DNA from: Planctomycetota bacterium | GTDB lineage: Bacteria > Planctomycetota > B15-G4 | Length of the DNA stretch: 64,000 nt | NCBI GenBank assembly: GCA_021604805.1 | Contig: BQJR01000002.1 | Location: 133,078-197,077, forward strand | Reading direction: 5' to 3' | Shown here: positions 20,475 through 30,440 of the stretch, piece by piece | Layout of the letters: each line of letters starts with the position of its first letter | How positions within the stretch are numbered: position 1 is the stretch's first letter | The notes under the pieces: model-generated | Seen by the model: the letters and a program-made list of their open reading frames with translations, nothing else | What the model was told of the DNA's origin: nothing | Databases searched by the model: none | Translations under genes and position numbers: made by a program

Positions 20475-21035
20475 TCATCGGTAGGTGTTGCGGCCGGCGA
20501 GGGTGAGCTCGCGGTTGAGCAGCACGAGGGCGGGCGGGTGCAGCTTGAGCAGCTTGATCAGACGCGAGGTGCTCAAGCCCAAGTCGGTGGCGGCGAGCTC
20601 CACATCGAAGGCGCGCGCTGCCAGGCGGTCGAGCGCTTCGGCGATGAGCGGGGCCACGTCGCGGTGCGTGGCGGCGAGCGTGAGACGCGCGCCAGCGGTG
20701 CGTTGCGTGAAGCGTTCACTCGGCGCGCTCCACGCGGCGTCGGCGGGCTCGCGATGCTGCACGGCCAGCGCCAAGCGCAAGCGACTCAGCGCACGCTTGC
20801 GGTTGTCCTGCGTGCTGCGACGCTCGCTCGCATCGACCGTGATGCCGGTGGGTGTGTGCTCCCAGTGCACGCCGGTCGCCACCTTGTTTCTGCGCTGACC
20901 GCCCGGTCCACCTGCCTTGCGACGCACTTCACGCACTTGCGCGAGCAGCGTGTCGTCGTCGAGCGCGGCAGGGTGTGGCGACACGTGCGAGACCTCGGTG
21001 CGGACAGGAAACGGCGCGCCCTGAACGCGACGCAC
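20475..21035 (-). CDS. Class-I release-factor-like GGQ domain protein (ArfB / peptidyl-tRNA hydrolase domain family)
   Basis: RRKAGGPGGQRRNKVATGVHWEHTPTGI contains the GGQ motif. There is an extra ~90-aa C-terminal region. The start codon is uncertain: GTG 21035 or a downstream GTG. Confidence 0.7.
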   Translation of the reverse strand: MRRVQGAPFPVRTEVSHVSPHPAALDDDTLLAQVREVRRKAGGPGGQRRNKVATGVHWEHTPTGITVDASERRSTQDNRKRALSRLRLALAVQHREPADAAWSAPSERFTQRTAGARLTLAATHRDVAPLIAEALDRLAARAFDVELAATDLGLSTSRLIKLLKLHPPALVLLNRELTLAGRNTYR

Positions 21036-21247
21036 AAGATGAGAAGGAGACGCAACATCGCATCAGATCGCGGCACGTCGGCACACACTTCGACACGCTG
21101 TGTCTTGCGACGAGCCGCGAGCCGCTACACTGTCGCCCGCACTGCCGCGCACGACAACACTCGCTTCGCGAGGTCACGACAACGCGCGCGCCGCGTCTGG
21201 TCCCTTCCAGTACGCGCTCACAACTCCTCCACACTCAGGACCATTCG

Positions 21248-21727
21248 ATGAAAGCCAAGCCCGGCATCCTCAAGGCGCTGCAAGACGTGCTCACCAAGGA
21301 GCTCACCGGCATCAACCAGTACTTCCTGCACTCCAAGCTGTGCAGCAACTGGGGCTACGCTCGGCTCGCGAAGAAGAGCTGGGACGAATCGATGGACGAG
21401 ATGCGCCACGCCGACAAGGTGATGGACCGCATCCTGTTCCTCGAAGGCGAGCCGAACATGACTCGCTACGACAAGGTGAACGCCGGCAAGAACGTGCGCG
21501 GCATCATGGAGAACGATCTCGCACTCGAGATGGGCGCGCTGAAGGTCTTGCGCAGCGGCATCAGCACCTGCCTCGAGCAAGAAGACCACGCCACGCGTGA
21601 ACTCTTCGAGCACATCCTGGTCGACGAAGAAGAACACGTCGACTGGCTCGAAGCCCAGCTCGAGAAGATCGACACGATGGGCATCGAGAACTACCTCGCC
21701 TCGCACCAGTTCGCCGAGCAGGGGTGA
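21248..21727 (+). CDS. bfr: Bacterioferritin
   Basis: Starts at an internal ATG of ORF 20852..21727. MKAKPGILKALQDVLTKELTGINQYFLHSKLCSNWGY...ESMDEMRHADKVMDRILFLEG...EEEHVDWLEAQL aligns along its full length with E. coli Bfr, including the DEM(K/R)HAD heme-Met region. Confidence 0.95.
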   Translation: MKAKPGILKALQDVLTKELTGINQYFLHSKLCSNWGYARLAKKSWDESMDEMRHADKVMDRILFLEGEPNMTRYDKVNAGKNVRGIMENDLALEMGALKVLRSGISTCLEQEDHATRELFEHILVDEEEHVDWLEAQLEKIDTMGIENYLASHQFAEQG

Positions 21728-22377
21728 GCGCTGCCACGCGGGTACGCCTGGTGCGTCACGGTGAGGTCGCCGCGGCGCACCACGGCAAGTTCTACGGCGG
21801 TGCCGACGTACCGCTCTCCGAGGAAGGCGCGCGACTCAGCGTGGAACTCGCGGAGCGCCTCGCGCTCGATCGCCCGGACCTCGTTCTGAGCAGCCCGCTC
21901 GCTCGCGCGCGGGCGGTCGCCGATCCGCTGGCCGCGCGCTGCGAACTCTCGGTGCGGGTGGAGCCCGATCTGCGTGAACTCGATCGCGGAAGCTGGACCC
22001 ACCTCTCCACCGCCGAGGTCGAGGCGCGCAGCCCCGGTGCCGTGGCGGCCTATTGTGCGGACCCGGAAGCTGGCGCCGCCCCCGGGGGGGAACCCGAGAG
22101 CGCGCTGTGCGCACGCGTGTGGCCTGTCTTCGACACCCTCGCGGCGGAGTTCCCTGGTGCGAGCGTGGTCGCCGTGGCGCACGGCCATGTGATCCGCAGC
22201 GTGCTGCGTCGCCTCAAAGGATGGTCGGCGCCGCGCTCACTCGAACTCTTCGTGCCCTATCACGCGGTCGTCGAGCTGCTGCTGCGTCCCGACGGCAGCG
22301 GCGAGGTCGTGCACCTGCCTGCGGGCGAGTTGCCCGAGGCACTCGCCCGCGCCAACCCTTCGCCACCTGATCGCTGA
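21724..22377 (+). CDS. Histidine phosphatase family protein (phosphoglycerate-mutase-like)
   Basis: GTG start overlapping the bfr stop. RLVRHGE (RHG motif). Later VAVAHGHVIR (second catalytic His region). Confidence 0.8.
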   Translation: MSAATRVRLVRHGEVAAAHHGKFYGGADVPLSEEGARLSVELAERLALDRPDLVLSSPLARARAVADPLAARCELSVRVEPDLRELDRGSWTHLSTAEVEARSPGAVAAYCADPEAGAAPGGEPESALCARVWPVFDTLAAEFPGASVVAVAHGHVIRSVLRRLKGWSAPRSLELFVPYHAVVELLLRPDGSGEVVHLPAGELPEALARANPSPPDR

Positions 22378-22484
22378 GCGCGCGGCATCGCGCTGGCGGC
22401 GCGCGGCGCCCGGGTGTCACGAGACGTAACTCGGCGAGAGGCGTAGACTCAAGCGCCTACCAGCCATCCGCCCAGGAGCCCAGC

Positions 22485-24419
22485 GTGGTACTCAGCTCCC
22501 GCGAGGCGGTGGAGGCGCTCGAGCGCGCGCGCCTCTCCCCCCTCGCGGCCTTTGCCGACGCACACCGCGAGCGACCCGATCCGGAGTCGCCGGACGCGAT
22601 GCGTACCAGCTTCACGCGCGATCGCGACCGCGTGCTGCACAGCGGCGCCTTTCGTCGGCTGCAAGCCAAGACACAAGTGTTCGTCATCGACGAGGGCGAC
22701 TTCTACCGCACGCGCCTCACGCACACGCTCGAGGTCGTGCAGCTCGCGCGCTACCTGGCACGCTGCCTCGCGCTCAACGAAGACCTCGCCGAAGTGCTCG
22801 CGCTGGTGCACGACATCGGTCACCCGCCCTTCGGTCACGAAGGCGAACACGCGCTCAATGAGATCAGCGGCGTGGCCTTCGATCACAACCGGCAGGCACT
22901 GCGCATCGTGGACCTGTTGGAGAGCCCCTATCCCGATCGGCGTGGGCTCAATCTGTGCCAACTCGTGCGTCGCATGATCTTGAAGCACGGCGGCAACGCC
23001 GAGCGCGGCGCGGCGCCCACGCGCGGTCATGTGCTCGAAGCCCAGGTGGCCGACCTGGCCGACTCCACCGCCTATCAGCACCACGATCTGGAAGACGGCC
23101 TACGGGCAGGCTTGCTGCGTCCCGAGGAACTCGAAGAGCTCTCGATCTGGCGTCAAGCGCGCGAAGAAACCGGCGCCGAGGCCAGCAACCGCCTGGGCCG
23201 CAAGACGCTGCTCAACGCCATGCTCAAAGCCTCCCTCGGCGACATCCTCGAACACACCGGCGCGGCGCTGGCGAGCAGCCGGCACGACAACGCGCAAGCC
23301 GTGGAAGACTCGGCCGAAACGCTCGTGGGTCACGGCGCCGAGCGCGCAGCACAGCACCGCGAGTTGGCCGACTTCCTGCACGCACGCTTCTACCGTCATC
23401 CGCGGGTGAAACGCAGCGCGCGCCTGGCGCACGACGCGCTCGAAACGCTCGTGGAGCACTACGCGCGTCACCCCGAACAGATGCCCGCCGACTACCGCGA
23501 GCGCCTCGAACACGAAGGCAGCGGCCGCACGACCTGCGACTACGTGGCGGGCATGACCGACCGCTTCGCCATGGACGAAGGCCAGCGCCTCGCGCAGGAA
23601 CGCAGCACGCCCGTGCCACCCGCGCCCGAGTCGATGTTGCCGCGCGTGGAGGCGCTCGAGCAGCGGCTCGACTACCGCTTCACGCGGCGCGAGTTGGCCA
23701 CCACGGCGCTCACCCACGCGTCGGCGCGCACACAGGAGCTGGCGCCCAACGAACGCCTCGAGTTCCTGGGTGACGCGGTGCTCGGCCTCGTCATCGGGCA
23801 AGAACTCTACGAGCGCTTCCCCGACGAACCCGAGGGCGAACTCTCGCGCATGAAGAGCACCACCGTGTCGCGCCACGCGCTGCACCGCGTGTCGAGCCAA
23901 TGGGAGCTGCACGACTTGCTCGAACTCGGCCCCGGCTTCCGCGCGCCGGAAGAGGTGCCCGACTCGCTCGTGGCGAACGCCGTGGAAGCCGTGCTCGGCG
24001 CCGTCTTCCTCGACAGCGGACTGCAAGCCGCGCGACGCATCATCCTGCGCGACTTCGAAGCACTCCTGGTCGTCGCCGCCAGCGGACAGCGCAGCAGCAA
24101 CAGCAAGTCGGAGCTGCAAGCCTTCACGCAGGGCGAGCGCAGCCTCACACCGCACTATCGAGTGGTGGAAGAAGACGGCCCCGATCACAGCAAACAGTTC
24201 ACCGTGGCCGTGCTCGTAGGCGACGAAGAACTCGCCACCGCGCGCGGCCGCAACAAGCGTCAAGCCGAACAACGCGCCGCGCGCATCGCGCTCGCCGCGC
24301 TGCGCGGCGAAGACGCGCCCACGAGCAACGCAGACCTCGACGCGCCGCCTCCCGCCAGCGCCCGATCCGTCGCCCCTGACACGCCCGCCGAATCGGAGCA
24401 ACGTGAGCGCGACGGCTGA
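22485..24419 (+). CDS. rnc: Fusion ORF: dGTPase-like HD-domain triphosphohydrolase (N-terminal ~380 aa) fused to ribonuclease III (C-terminal ~260 aa)
   Basis: A single uninterrupted 644-codon frame. N-terminal part: FTRDRDRVLHSGAFRRLQAKTQVF, YRTRLTHTLEV, VHDIGHPPFGHEGE, CDYVAGMTDRFA. C-terminal part: RNase III signature ERLEFLGDAVLG, a second acidic region NAVEAVLGAVFLD, and a dsRBD (TPHYRVVEEDGPDHSKQFTVAVLVGDEELATARGRNKRQAEQRAA). The linker is QERSTPVPPAPES, followed by an in-frame ATG at 23634. Confidence 0.85.
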   Translation: MVLSSREAVEALERARLSPLAAFADAHRERPDPESPDAMRTSFTRDRDRVLHSGAFRRLQAKTQVFVIDEGDFYRTRLTHTLEVVQLARYLARCLALNEDLAEVLALVHDIGHPPFGHEGEHALNEISGVAFDHNRQALRIVDLLESPYPDRRGLNLCQLVRRMILKHGGNAERGAAPTRGHVLEAQVADLADSTAYQHHDLEDGLRAGLLRPEELEELSIWRQAREETGAEASNRLGRKTLLNAMLKASLGDILEHTGAALASSRHDNAQAVEDSAETLVGHGAERAAQHRELADFLHARFYRHPRVKRSARLAHDALETLVEHYARHPEQMPADYRERLEHEGSGRTTCDYVAGMTDRFAMDEGQRLAQERSTPVPPAPESMLPRVEALEQRLDYRFTRRELATTALTHASARTQELAPNERLEFLGDAVLGLVIGQELYERFPDEPEGELSRMKSTTVSRHALHRVSSQWELHDLLELGPGFRAPEEVPDSLVANAVEAVLGAVFLDSGLQAARRIILRDFEALLVVAASGQRSSNSKSELQAFTQGERSLTPHYRVVEEDGPDHSKQFTVAVLVGDEELATARGRNKRQAEQRAARIALAALRGEDAPTSNADLDAPPPASARSVAPDTPAESEQRERDG

Positions 24420-27400
24420 AGCCCTGCGCGTGGCGCGCTTCACGTTGGCGCGCAGCCCGGCGCTGCAACGCGCGCTCGACACCGGCCTGAGTCCGCGCCG
24501 CGGATTGGGCGGCGTGTGGACCGGCGCCACCGCGCTCGTGGTCGCCGAAGCGGCGCGCGGACGCGGGCGTTGCGTGGTGCTGGCGTCCACTCCGGAGAGC
24601 GCCGAGAGCTTGCTGCTCGACCTGCGCTCGGCCTGCCCCGAACTGCTCTCGATAATGTTGCCCGCCGACGAGACCGGCATGGTCGGCGCCCCCGAAGCGC
24701 GCGCGAACCACAGCGAACGTCTCGTGGCGCTGGCCAGCCTCGACGACCCGCGCGACGGCGTGCTCGTGGTCCCCGCCGCCTGCGTGCTCGAAGACCTGCC
24801 CGCCTCGCGCGGCGAAGAACTCGTGCTCGCCAAGGGCGAAGCGGTGGATCGCGAGCGACTGCTCGAGCAACTCGCCGACGCGGGTTTCGAACGCGTGCCG
24901 CTGGTGGCGGCGCCGGGCGAGTTCTCCTTGCGCGGCGACATCCTCGACGTGTACCCGTGGTCGGCCGAAGAACCCGTGCGCCTCGAACTCTTCGACGACG
25001 AGATCGAAGAGTTGCGCGCCTTCGAAGTCGAGAGCCAGCGCAGCAGCCGCCCCTTGCTCGAACTGCGCATCGCGCTCGACGACGGCCGCGGCGAGCTGCG
25101 CAAACTCGTCGACATGCTGAGCGAGGACACGGTCGTGTTCCGGCTCGAACCGCCGCGCCTGCGCGACCGCTTGGTGGAAGTCGCCTTCGAACGCGGCCAC
25201 GAACCCAAGTACCTCGACGCGCAACTCGAGCGCCTGGCCGCGCACCCCGGCCTCGACCTCTACGCACTCGACCTCGGCGAAGACGAGCACGATCTCGGCC
25301 TGCGCTCGGTCTTGCAAGACACGCACACACCCGCCGAGCGCCTGGCCGCGTGGCTCGCCGATGACCGCCAAGTGTGCGTGCTCTGCGACGCCGAAGGTGA
25401 ACGCGAACGCCTGCACGTCGACCTGCGCGGGCACGACCTGCCGAGTCGCTGCCCGGCCGACGGCGAGCCGGCCGAAGGCGAACTCGTGTTACTCGTCGGG
25501 CGGCTCAGCAGTGGCTTCGCGCTGCCCGCACCGGGGCCGGTGGTCGTGCACCATCACGAGTTGCTCGGGCGTCGCGCGGTGCGCCGGCGTCGAGCGCCGC
25601 GCAAGGTGGCGAGTCGCGCGCTCGAGTCGCTGGCCGAGCTCAAGCAGGGCGACTATGTCGTGCACCTCGCGCACGGCGTCGCGCGCTACCAAGGCATGCG
25701 CAGGCTCGAGCGCGAGCAGGGCGAAGAAGACTTCCTGGTGCTCGAGTTCGCCGAGGAGACCACGCTCTACGTCCCCGCGAGTCGCATCGACCTCGTGGAG
25801 CGCTTCATCGGCGGCGAGGCCAGCTCACCCAAGCTCGACAAGATCGGCGGCCGCACCTGGGCGCGCAAGAAAGACAAGGTCGCGCGCGCCGTGGAAGACC
25901 TGGCCGCCGAGTTGTTGCGCGTGCAAGCCGCGCGCGACGGCGGCGAAGGCATCGGCTTCCCCGGCGACGATCCGCTGCTCGCGCGCTTCGAACGCACCTT
26001 CCCGTACGAAGACACGCCCGACCAACACACGGTCTGGGGCGAAGTGCGCAAGGACATGGAGCGCGGCCACCCGATGGATCGCTTGGTGGTCGGCGACGTG
26101 GGCTTCGGCAAGACCGAGATCGCCGTGCGCGCCGCCTACCAAGCCGTGCTCGCCGGCAGACAAGTGGCCGTGCTCGTGCCCACCACGATCCTCGCCGAGC
26201 AGCACGACGAGACCTTCCGCGGCCGCATGACCGAAGAGCCCGTGCGCATCGAAACCCTCTCGCGCCTGCGCGGCAAGGGCAGCACCAAGGTGCTCGCCGA
26301 CGCCGCGGAGGCGCGCGTCGACATCCTGATCGGCACGCACAAGTTGCTCGGCAAGGGCGTGAAGCTGCCGCAACTCGGGCTCGTGATCGTGGACGAAGAA
26401 CAGCGCTTCGGCGTGGCGCACAAGGAACGTCTCAAACAGCTGCGCGCCTCGGTCGACGTGCTCACGCTCTCGGCCACGCCCATCCCGCGCACGCTGCACA
26501 TGGCGATGAGCGGGCTGCGCGACATCTCCACGATCCGCACGCCGCCGCCGGGACGTCAGCCGGTGATCACGAAGGTCACCTACGAGAGCGACGAGATCAT
26601 CCAGCGCGCCATCCGCCACGAACTCGATCGCGGCGGACAAGTGTTCGTGCTGCACAACCGCGTGGGCTCGATCGTGCGCACGCTGGAACACATCCGCGGC
26701 TTGGTGCCGCGCGCTCGCGCTTCGTTCGCGCACGGACAGATGGGCGCGCGCGAACTCTCGAACGTGATCGCCGATTTCTCGCGCGGCGACCTCGACGTGC
26801 TCGTGTGCACCACGATCGTGGAGTCGGGCGTGGACATCCCGCGCGCCAACACGATCATCGTGACCGACTCGCAGAACTACGGCCTCGCCGACATGCATCA
26901 GTTGCGCGGACGCGTCGGGCGCGAGAGTACACAGGCCTACGCGTTCTTCCTCGTGCCGCGCGGCGGCATCAAGCAGAAGGCCGAGGAACGTCTCAAAGCG
27001 ATCGAAGAGTTCAGCAGTCTCGACGCCGGCCTCACGATCGCGCTGCGCGACCTCGAGTTGCGCGGCGCGGGCAACCTGCTCGGCGCCGAACAGTCGGGGC
27101 ACATTCTTGCCGTCGGCTACGACATGTACTGCCGCTTGCTGCGCGCCGCCGTCGCGCGCGCGAAGGGCCAGGCGCCCGAGGAAGAACCCGGCGAACTCGA
27201 GGTCGATCTCGGCCTGGCCGCCTACCTGCCCACCGACTACGTGCCCGAAGAATCCGTGCGCATGAACCTGCTGCGTCGCATGGCCAAAGCCGGCCGACGC
27301 AAACTCGAAGCGCTGGCGGAGGAACTCGTGGACCGCTTCGGCCCGCTGCCCGATCCCGTGAGCGAGTTGCTCGACCTGTTCCGCTTGCGCCGCATGCTGC

Positions 27401-27651
27401 GCCTGGCCGGCGTGGGTTCGCTGATCAGTGACGGCATCGGCGGCATGGTCATCGAGGTGCGCGACGAAGAGGCCTTCGGCGACCGACACCCCTTCCGCAC
27501 GGCCGAGCTGTTCCCGATCACGCCCACGCGTTTGCGCGTGCCCTGGCCGACCGAGGTGGCCACACCCACCCGTCGTCTGCGATACCTGTTGGAGCGCTTC
27601 GGCAAGCCGAGATCGGCCAGCCGCCCGCGCGCCACTGCCCGCCGCCGCTGA
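24403..27651 (+). CDS. mfd: Transcription-repair coupling factor
   Basis: 1082 aa with a GTG start overlapping the upstream ORF by 17 nt. CarD-like YVVHLAHGVARYQG. Helicase motifs GDVGFGKTE, IVDEEQRFG, LSATPIPRT, QLRGRVGR. TRG region. Confidence 0.95.
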   Translation: MSATAEALRVARFTLARSPALQRALDTGLSPRRGLGGVWTGATALVVAEAARGRGRCVVLASTPESAESLLLDLRSACPELLSIMLPADETGMVGAPEARANHSERLVALASLDDPRDGVLVVPAACVLEDLPASRGEELVLAKGEAVDRERLLEQLADAGFERVPLVAAPGEFSLRGDILDVYPWSAEEPVRLELFDDEIEELRAFEVESQRSSRPLLELRIALDDGRGELRKLVDMLSEDTVVFRLEPPRLRDRLVEVAFERGHEPKYLDAQLERLAAHPGLDLYALDLGEDEHDLGLRSVLQDTHTPAERLAAWLADDRQVCVLCDAEGERERLHVDLRGHDLPSRCPADGEPAEGELVLLVGRLSSGFALPAPGPVVVHHHELLGRRAVRRRRAPRKVASRALESLAELKQGDYVVHLAHGVARYQGMRRLEREQGEEDFLVLEFAEETTLYVPASRIDLVERFIGGEASSPKLDKIGGRTWARKKDKVARAVEDLAAELLRVQAARDGGEGIGFPGDDPLLARFERTFPYEDTPDQHTVWGEVRKDMERGHPMDRLVVGDVGFGKTEIAVRAAYQAVLAGRQVAVLVPTTILAEQHDETFRGRMTEEPVRIETLSRLRGKGSTKVLADAAEARVDILIGTHKLLGKGVKLPQLGLVIVDEEQRFGVAHKERLKQLRASVDVLTLSATPIPRTLHMAMSGLRDISTIRTPPPGRQPVITKVTYESDEIIQRAIRHELDRGGQVFVLHNRVGSIVRTLEHIRGLVPRARASFAHGQMGARELSNVIADFSRGDLDVLVCTTIVESGVDIPRANTIIVTDSQNYGLADMHQLRGRVGRESTQAYAFFLVPRGGIKQKAEERLKAIEEFSSLDAGLTIALRDLELRGAGNLLGAEQSGHILAVGYDMYCRLLRAAVARAKGQAPEEEPGELEVDLGLAAYLPTDYVPEESVRMNLLRRMAKAGRRKLEALAEELVDRFGPLPDPVSELLDLFRLRRMLRLAGVGSLISDGIGGMVIEVRDEEAFGDRHPFRTAELFPITPTRLRVPWPTEVATPTRRLRYLLERFGKPRSASRPRATARRR

Positions 27652-27659
27652 GCCTCGCC

Positions 27660-28721
27660 ATGATTCCCAGCTTCTGCCTGCGCTTCGCGTTGCTCGCCGC
27701 CGTCGCTGCGCCGCTGAGCGCGCAATCGCCGAGCACCCCGCCCGCCACGCAGCCGCCCCCCGCGCTCGACGACTCCGCGGTGCAAGCCAAGAGCAACGCG
27801 CCGGGCATGCGCGCCACGATCAACGGTCACGCGATCACAGCGCACGACGTGCTGGTGGAGGCTCGCGCCAAGATGCTCATGGAAGGCGCGTCCACGGTGG
27901 ACGTGGAATCGCCGCCGGCCGAGCAGCTGCAGGAGGCGCTGGCCAACAGCGCGCGCGAGATCCTGCTCACGGCCGAGGCCAAGCGCCTGGGTCTGGAGAT
28001 CTCCGAGTACGAGCTCGACGAGCTGATGCGCCAGTTCTACGGGCAGGTGCCCGACCTCGACCTCCTGGCCACGCTCACGGGCACCAGCGCCGAGTTCCAG
28101 CGCGACCGCATGCGGCGTCAGATCACGGCGGCGCTCTACACACGTCATCGATTGGGGCTCGACTTCCGCTACTCGCACCTGATCCCGGCCGACCCGCGGC
28201 TCAAGCGGCTCGTGGAGGTGCGGCCGGAGGAGTTGAAGGTCGAGTTCGAGCGTCGGCGGGAGCAGCTCGCACTGCCCGCGCGCGCCCACTACCTGATCTA
28301 CGCCTTCGATGATCGCGACGCCGCCGCGCGCGGCATCGAGGCGCTGGAGCACGGGCGCGAGGCGCTGAGCACGCGTCAGCCCCTCGATGAAACCCTGTCG
28401 ATCGACGTGATCCCCGAGCGCTTCGCCGGCCTGGCGCTGGCTGAGTGGACGCTCGAGGCCCCCGCCGGCGCCGTGAGCGACGCCGTGGTGATCTCGCAGA
28501 CGGCGCCGTCCGCAGATGGGGCGAATGGCCCGCCCGTCGAGAAACCGCTGTTCCTGGTGGTGCACATGCTCGAACGCCTGCCTGGGCGGGCTGCCGACTT
28601 CGCGCTCGACCAAGCGCTGCTGATGCGCACTTTGCGCGACGAGAACACCGAACGCGCACGCCGAGCCCTCGTGCTGGAAGAGGCGCGCAAGGCCGTCGTC
28701 TGGCCGCCGGACCTGTTCTAG
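27660..28721 (+). CDS. Secreted protein, weak SurA-N-terminal-like chaperone similarity
   Basis: Signal peptide MIPSFCLRFALLAAVAAPLSAQS. ATINGHAITAHDVLVEARAKML resembles the SurA_N / PpiD-type start. It sits after mfd, as is common for such chaperones. The function is tentative. Confidence 0.6.
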   Translation: MIPSFCLRFALLAAVAAPLSAQSPSTPPATQPPPALDDSAVQAKSNAPGMRATINGHAITAHDVLVEARAKMLMEGASTVDVESPPAEQLQEALANSAREILLTAEAKRLGLEISEYELDELMRQFYGQVPDLDLLATLTGTSAEFQRDRMRRQITAALYTRHRLGLDFRYSHLIPADPRLKRLVEVRPEELKVEFERRREQLALPARAHYLIYAFDDRDAAARGIEALEHGREALSTRQPLDETLSIDVIPERFAGLALAEWTLEAPAGAVSDAVVISQTAPSADGANGPPVEKPLFLVVHMLERLPGRAADFALDQALLMRTLRDENTERARRALVLEEARKAVVWPPDLF

Positions 28722-28795
28722 GCACCGCCAGCTGTTGCTCAACCCCGCCGACCCTATAGAATCGCCCGAGGTCCCTCGGTTCGCGGTGGCAGGAG

Positions 28796-30406
28796 ATGCC
28801 TGACGCCGCGCGCACCCCTTTGCCCGGAGAGCACAGCGTGGCCGATCACGAGCACTATCCCGACCTGGTGACGCAGCAGAGTCACGGCCCGGGAATGGCC
28901 CCCGAGCGCACCTTCGAGGACGCCCTGCGCGACCTCGTGCGCAACTCGCCGTATCTCGTGATCTCACTGGCGCTGCACGCCGTGGTGTTCGGCGTGATGT
29001 ACCTGTCGAAGGAACCGCCGATCGTGGCGGACGAGACCAAGGCGATTCAGGCCACGGCCGAGAAACCGCCGGAGATCGTGGAACCGCCGCCCCCGGAACC
29101 GCCGCCGCCGGATGAGGTCATCGAGCCCATCGACGACCCGGTCGTGAGCGACGATCCGCAAACCGAAACCACCGACGACGTCACGAACTCGGTGGATTCC
29201 TTCGACAGCAGCCCCTCGTCCACCTTGGGCTTGGGTGCAGGCTCAGGCAGCTTCGGGCGTGGCGGCGGCGGCAAGCTCGGTCGCCGCGGCACGGGCGTGG
29301 GCCCCTACCAAGAGGGTGTCGACGCGGCCCTGCGCTGGCTCATGTTCCACCAGAACTCCGAGGGCTACTGGTCCGCCAACGCCTTCGACGACGAGTGCTT
29401 CAAGCAGAGCGACGAGCCGGGCGAGATTGCCTGCACCGGCCGCGGCAAGCCCACCCACGACGTGGGCGTGACCGGCCTCGCGCTGCTCGCCTACCTCGGC
29501 GCCGGCAACACGGCCAAGTCGGGTCGCTACGCCGACACCGTGGCCGCCGGCCTCAAGTGGCTCACGAAGCAGCAGGACCGCAGCACGGGCAACTTCGGTG
29601 ACCCCAACAGCAACCTGCACACCTACGACCACTCGATCGCCACGCTGGCCATGGTCGAGGCCTACGCGCTCTCGAACAAAGACCACCGCCTCAAGAAGTC
29701 AGCGCAGAAGGCCATCGACTACCTGATGACCTTGCAGAACCCCGGCGCCGCCTGGCGCTACGCCGACCCCGCCAGCGACGAGATGCTGCTCCACCCGAAC
29801 GACGTGTCGGTCACCGGGTGGGTCGTGATGGTGCTCACGCTCGCCAAGGAGCAGGACTTCAAGTTCGAACGCGGTGCCCTCGAAGACGCGATGCTCTTCA
29901 TCGAGGAGATGACCGACCCGACCACGGGTCGCACGGGTTACATCCAGCGCGGCGGCCAGTCGGCGCGTCCGCTGGGCGTCACGGAGATCTGGCCCAACGA
30001 GCAGACCGAGGCGATGACCGCCGTGGCCGTGCTCTGCCGCATCTTCCTCGACCCCGACCTCGAGCGCCCCGGCAACGAACAGATGGTCGAGCGCGGCGTC
30101 GACATCATGAGCAAGATGCCGATCGTGTGGAATGACGACCCCGACAAGATCGGCTACCGCGACTTCTACTACTGGTACTACGGCAGCTACGCGCTCTACC
30201 AGATGGGCGGTAAAGACTGGGAACGGTGGCAGAAGGGCATCGAAGTCATCGGTGAGATGCAGTCGAAGGAAGGCGAGCAGAAGGGCTCGTGGGATCCCTC
30301 CACGGATCCTTGGGGCGGCGACGGCGGTCGCGTGTACAGCACCGCGATCCTGGCGCTCACGCTCGAAGTCTTCTACCGCTACGACACGGTGATCGGCTCG
30401 CACTGA
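28796..30406 (+). CDS. Membrane-anchored prenyltransferase / squalene-oxidase-repeat (alpha/alpha-toroid) protein
   Basis: TM helix YLVISLALHAVVFGVMYL, a Pro-rich linker, then repeats typical of terpenoid-cyclase-like toroids (ALRWLMFHQNSEGYWS, GLKWLTKQQDRSTGNFG, AIDYLMTLQNPGAAWRY). Start is ATG 28796 or ATG 28895. Confidence 0.75.
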   Translation: MPDAARTPLPGEHSVADHEHYPDLVTQQSHGPGMAPERTFEDALRDLVRNSPYLVISLALHAVVFGVMYLSKEPPIVADETKAIQATAEKPPEIVEPPPPEPPPPDEVIEPIDDPVVSDDPQTETTDDVTNSVDSFDSSPSSTLGLGAGSGSFGRGGGGKLGRRGTGVGPYQEGVDAALRWLMFHQNSEGYWSANAFDDECFKQSDEPGEIACTGRGKPTHDVGVTGLALLAYLGAGNTAKSGRYADTVAAGLKWLTKQQDRSTGNFGDPNSNLHTYDHSIATLAMVEAYALSNKDHRLKKSAQKAIDYLMTLQNPGAAWRYADPASDEMLLHPNDVSVTGWVVMVLTLAKEQDFKFERGALEDAMLFIEEMTDPTTGRTGYIQRGGQSARPLGVTEIWPNEQTEAMTAVAVLCRIFLDPDLERPGNEQMVERGVDIMSKMPIVWNDDPDKIGYRDFYYWYYGSYALYQMGGKDWERWQKGIEVIGEMQSKEGEQKGSWDPSTDPWGGDGGRVYSTAILALTLEVFYRYDTVIGSH

Positions 30407-30440
30407 GCCAGCGAACTCACGCCCCCCCTCGCGTGCGTTG

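Noticed and set aside
23634-24419. RNase III as a separate gene starting at the in-frame ATG 23634
   Set aside because: This is not excluded as an additional internal initiation site. However, there is no stop codon upstream in frame, so the dGTPase-like ORF necessarily reads through. It is annotated as a fusion.
23100-25208. 702-aa minus-strand ORF
   Set aside because: It is antisense to the RNase III end of the fusion ORF and to the mfd start. It has an Arg/Ser/Ala-rich low-complexity composition and no motifs.
25825-27489. 554-aa minus-strand ORF inside mfd
   Set aside because: It is antisense to a gene with unambiguous helicase motifs. It has a His/Arg/Ala/Glu-rich shadow composition.
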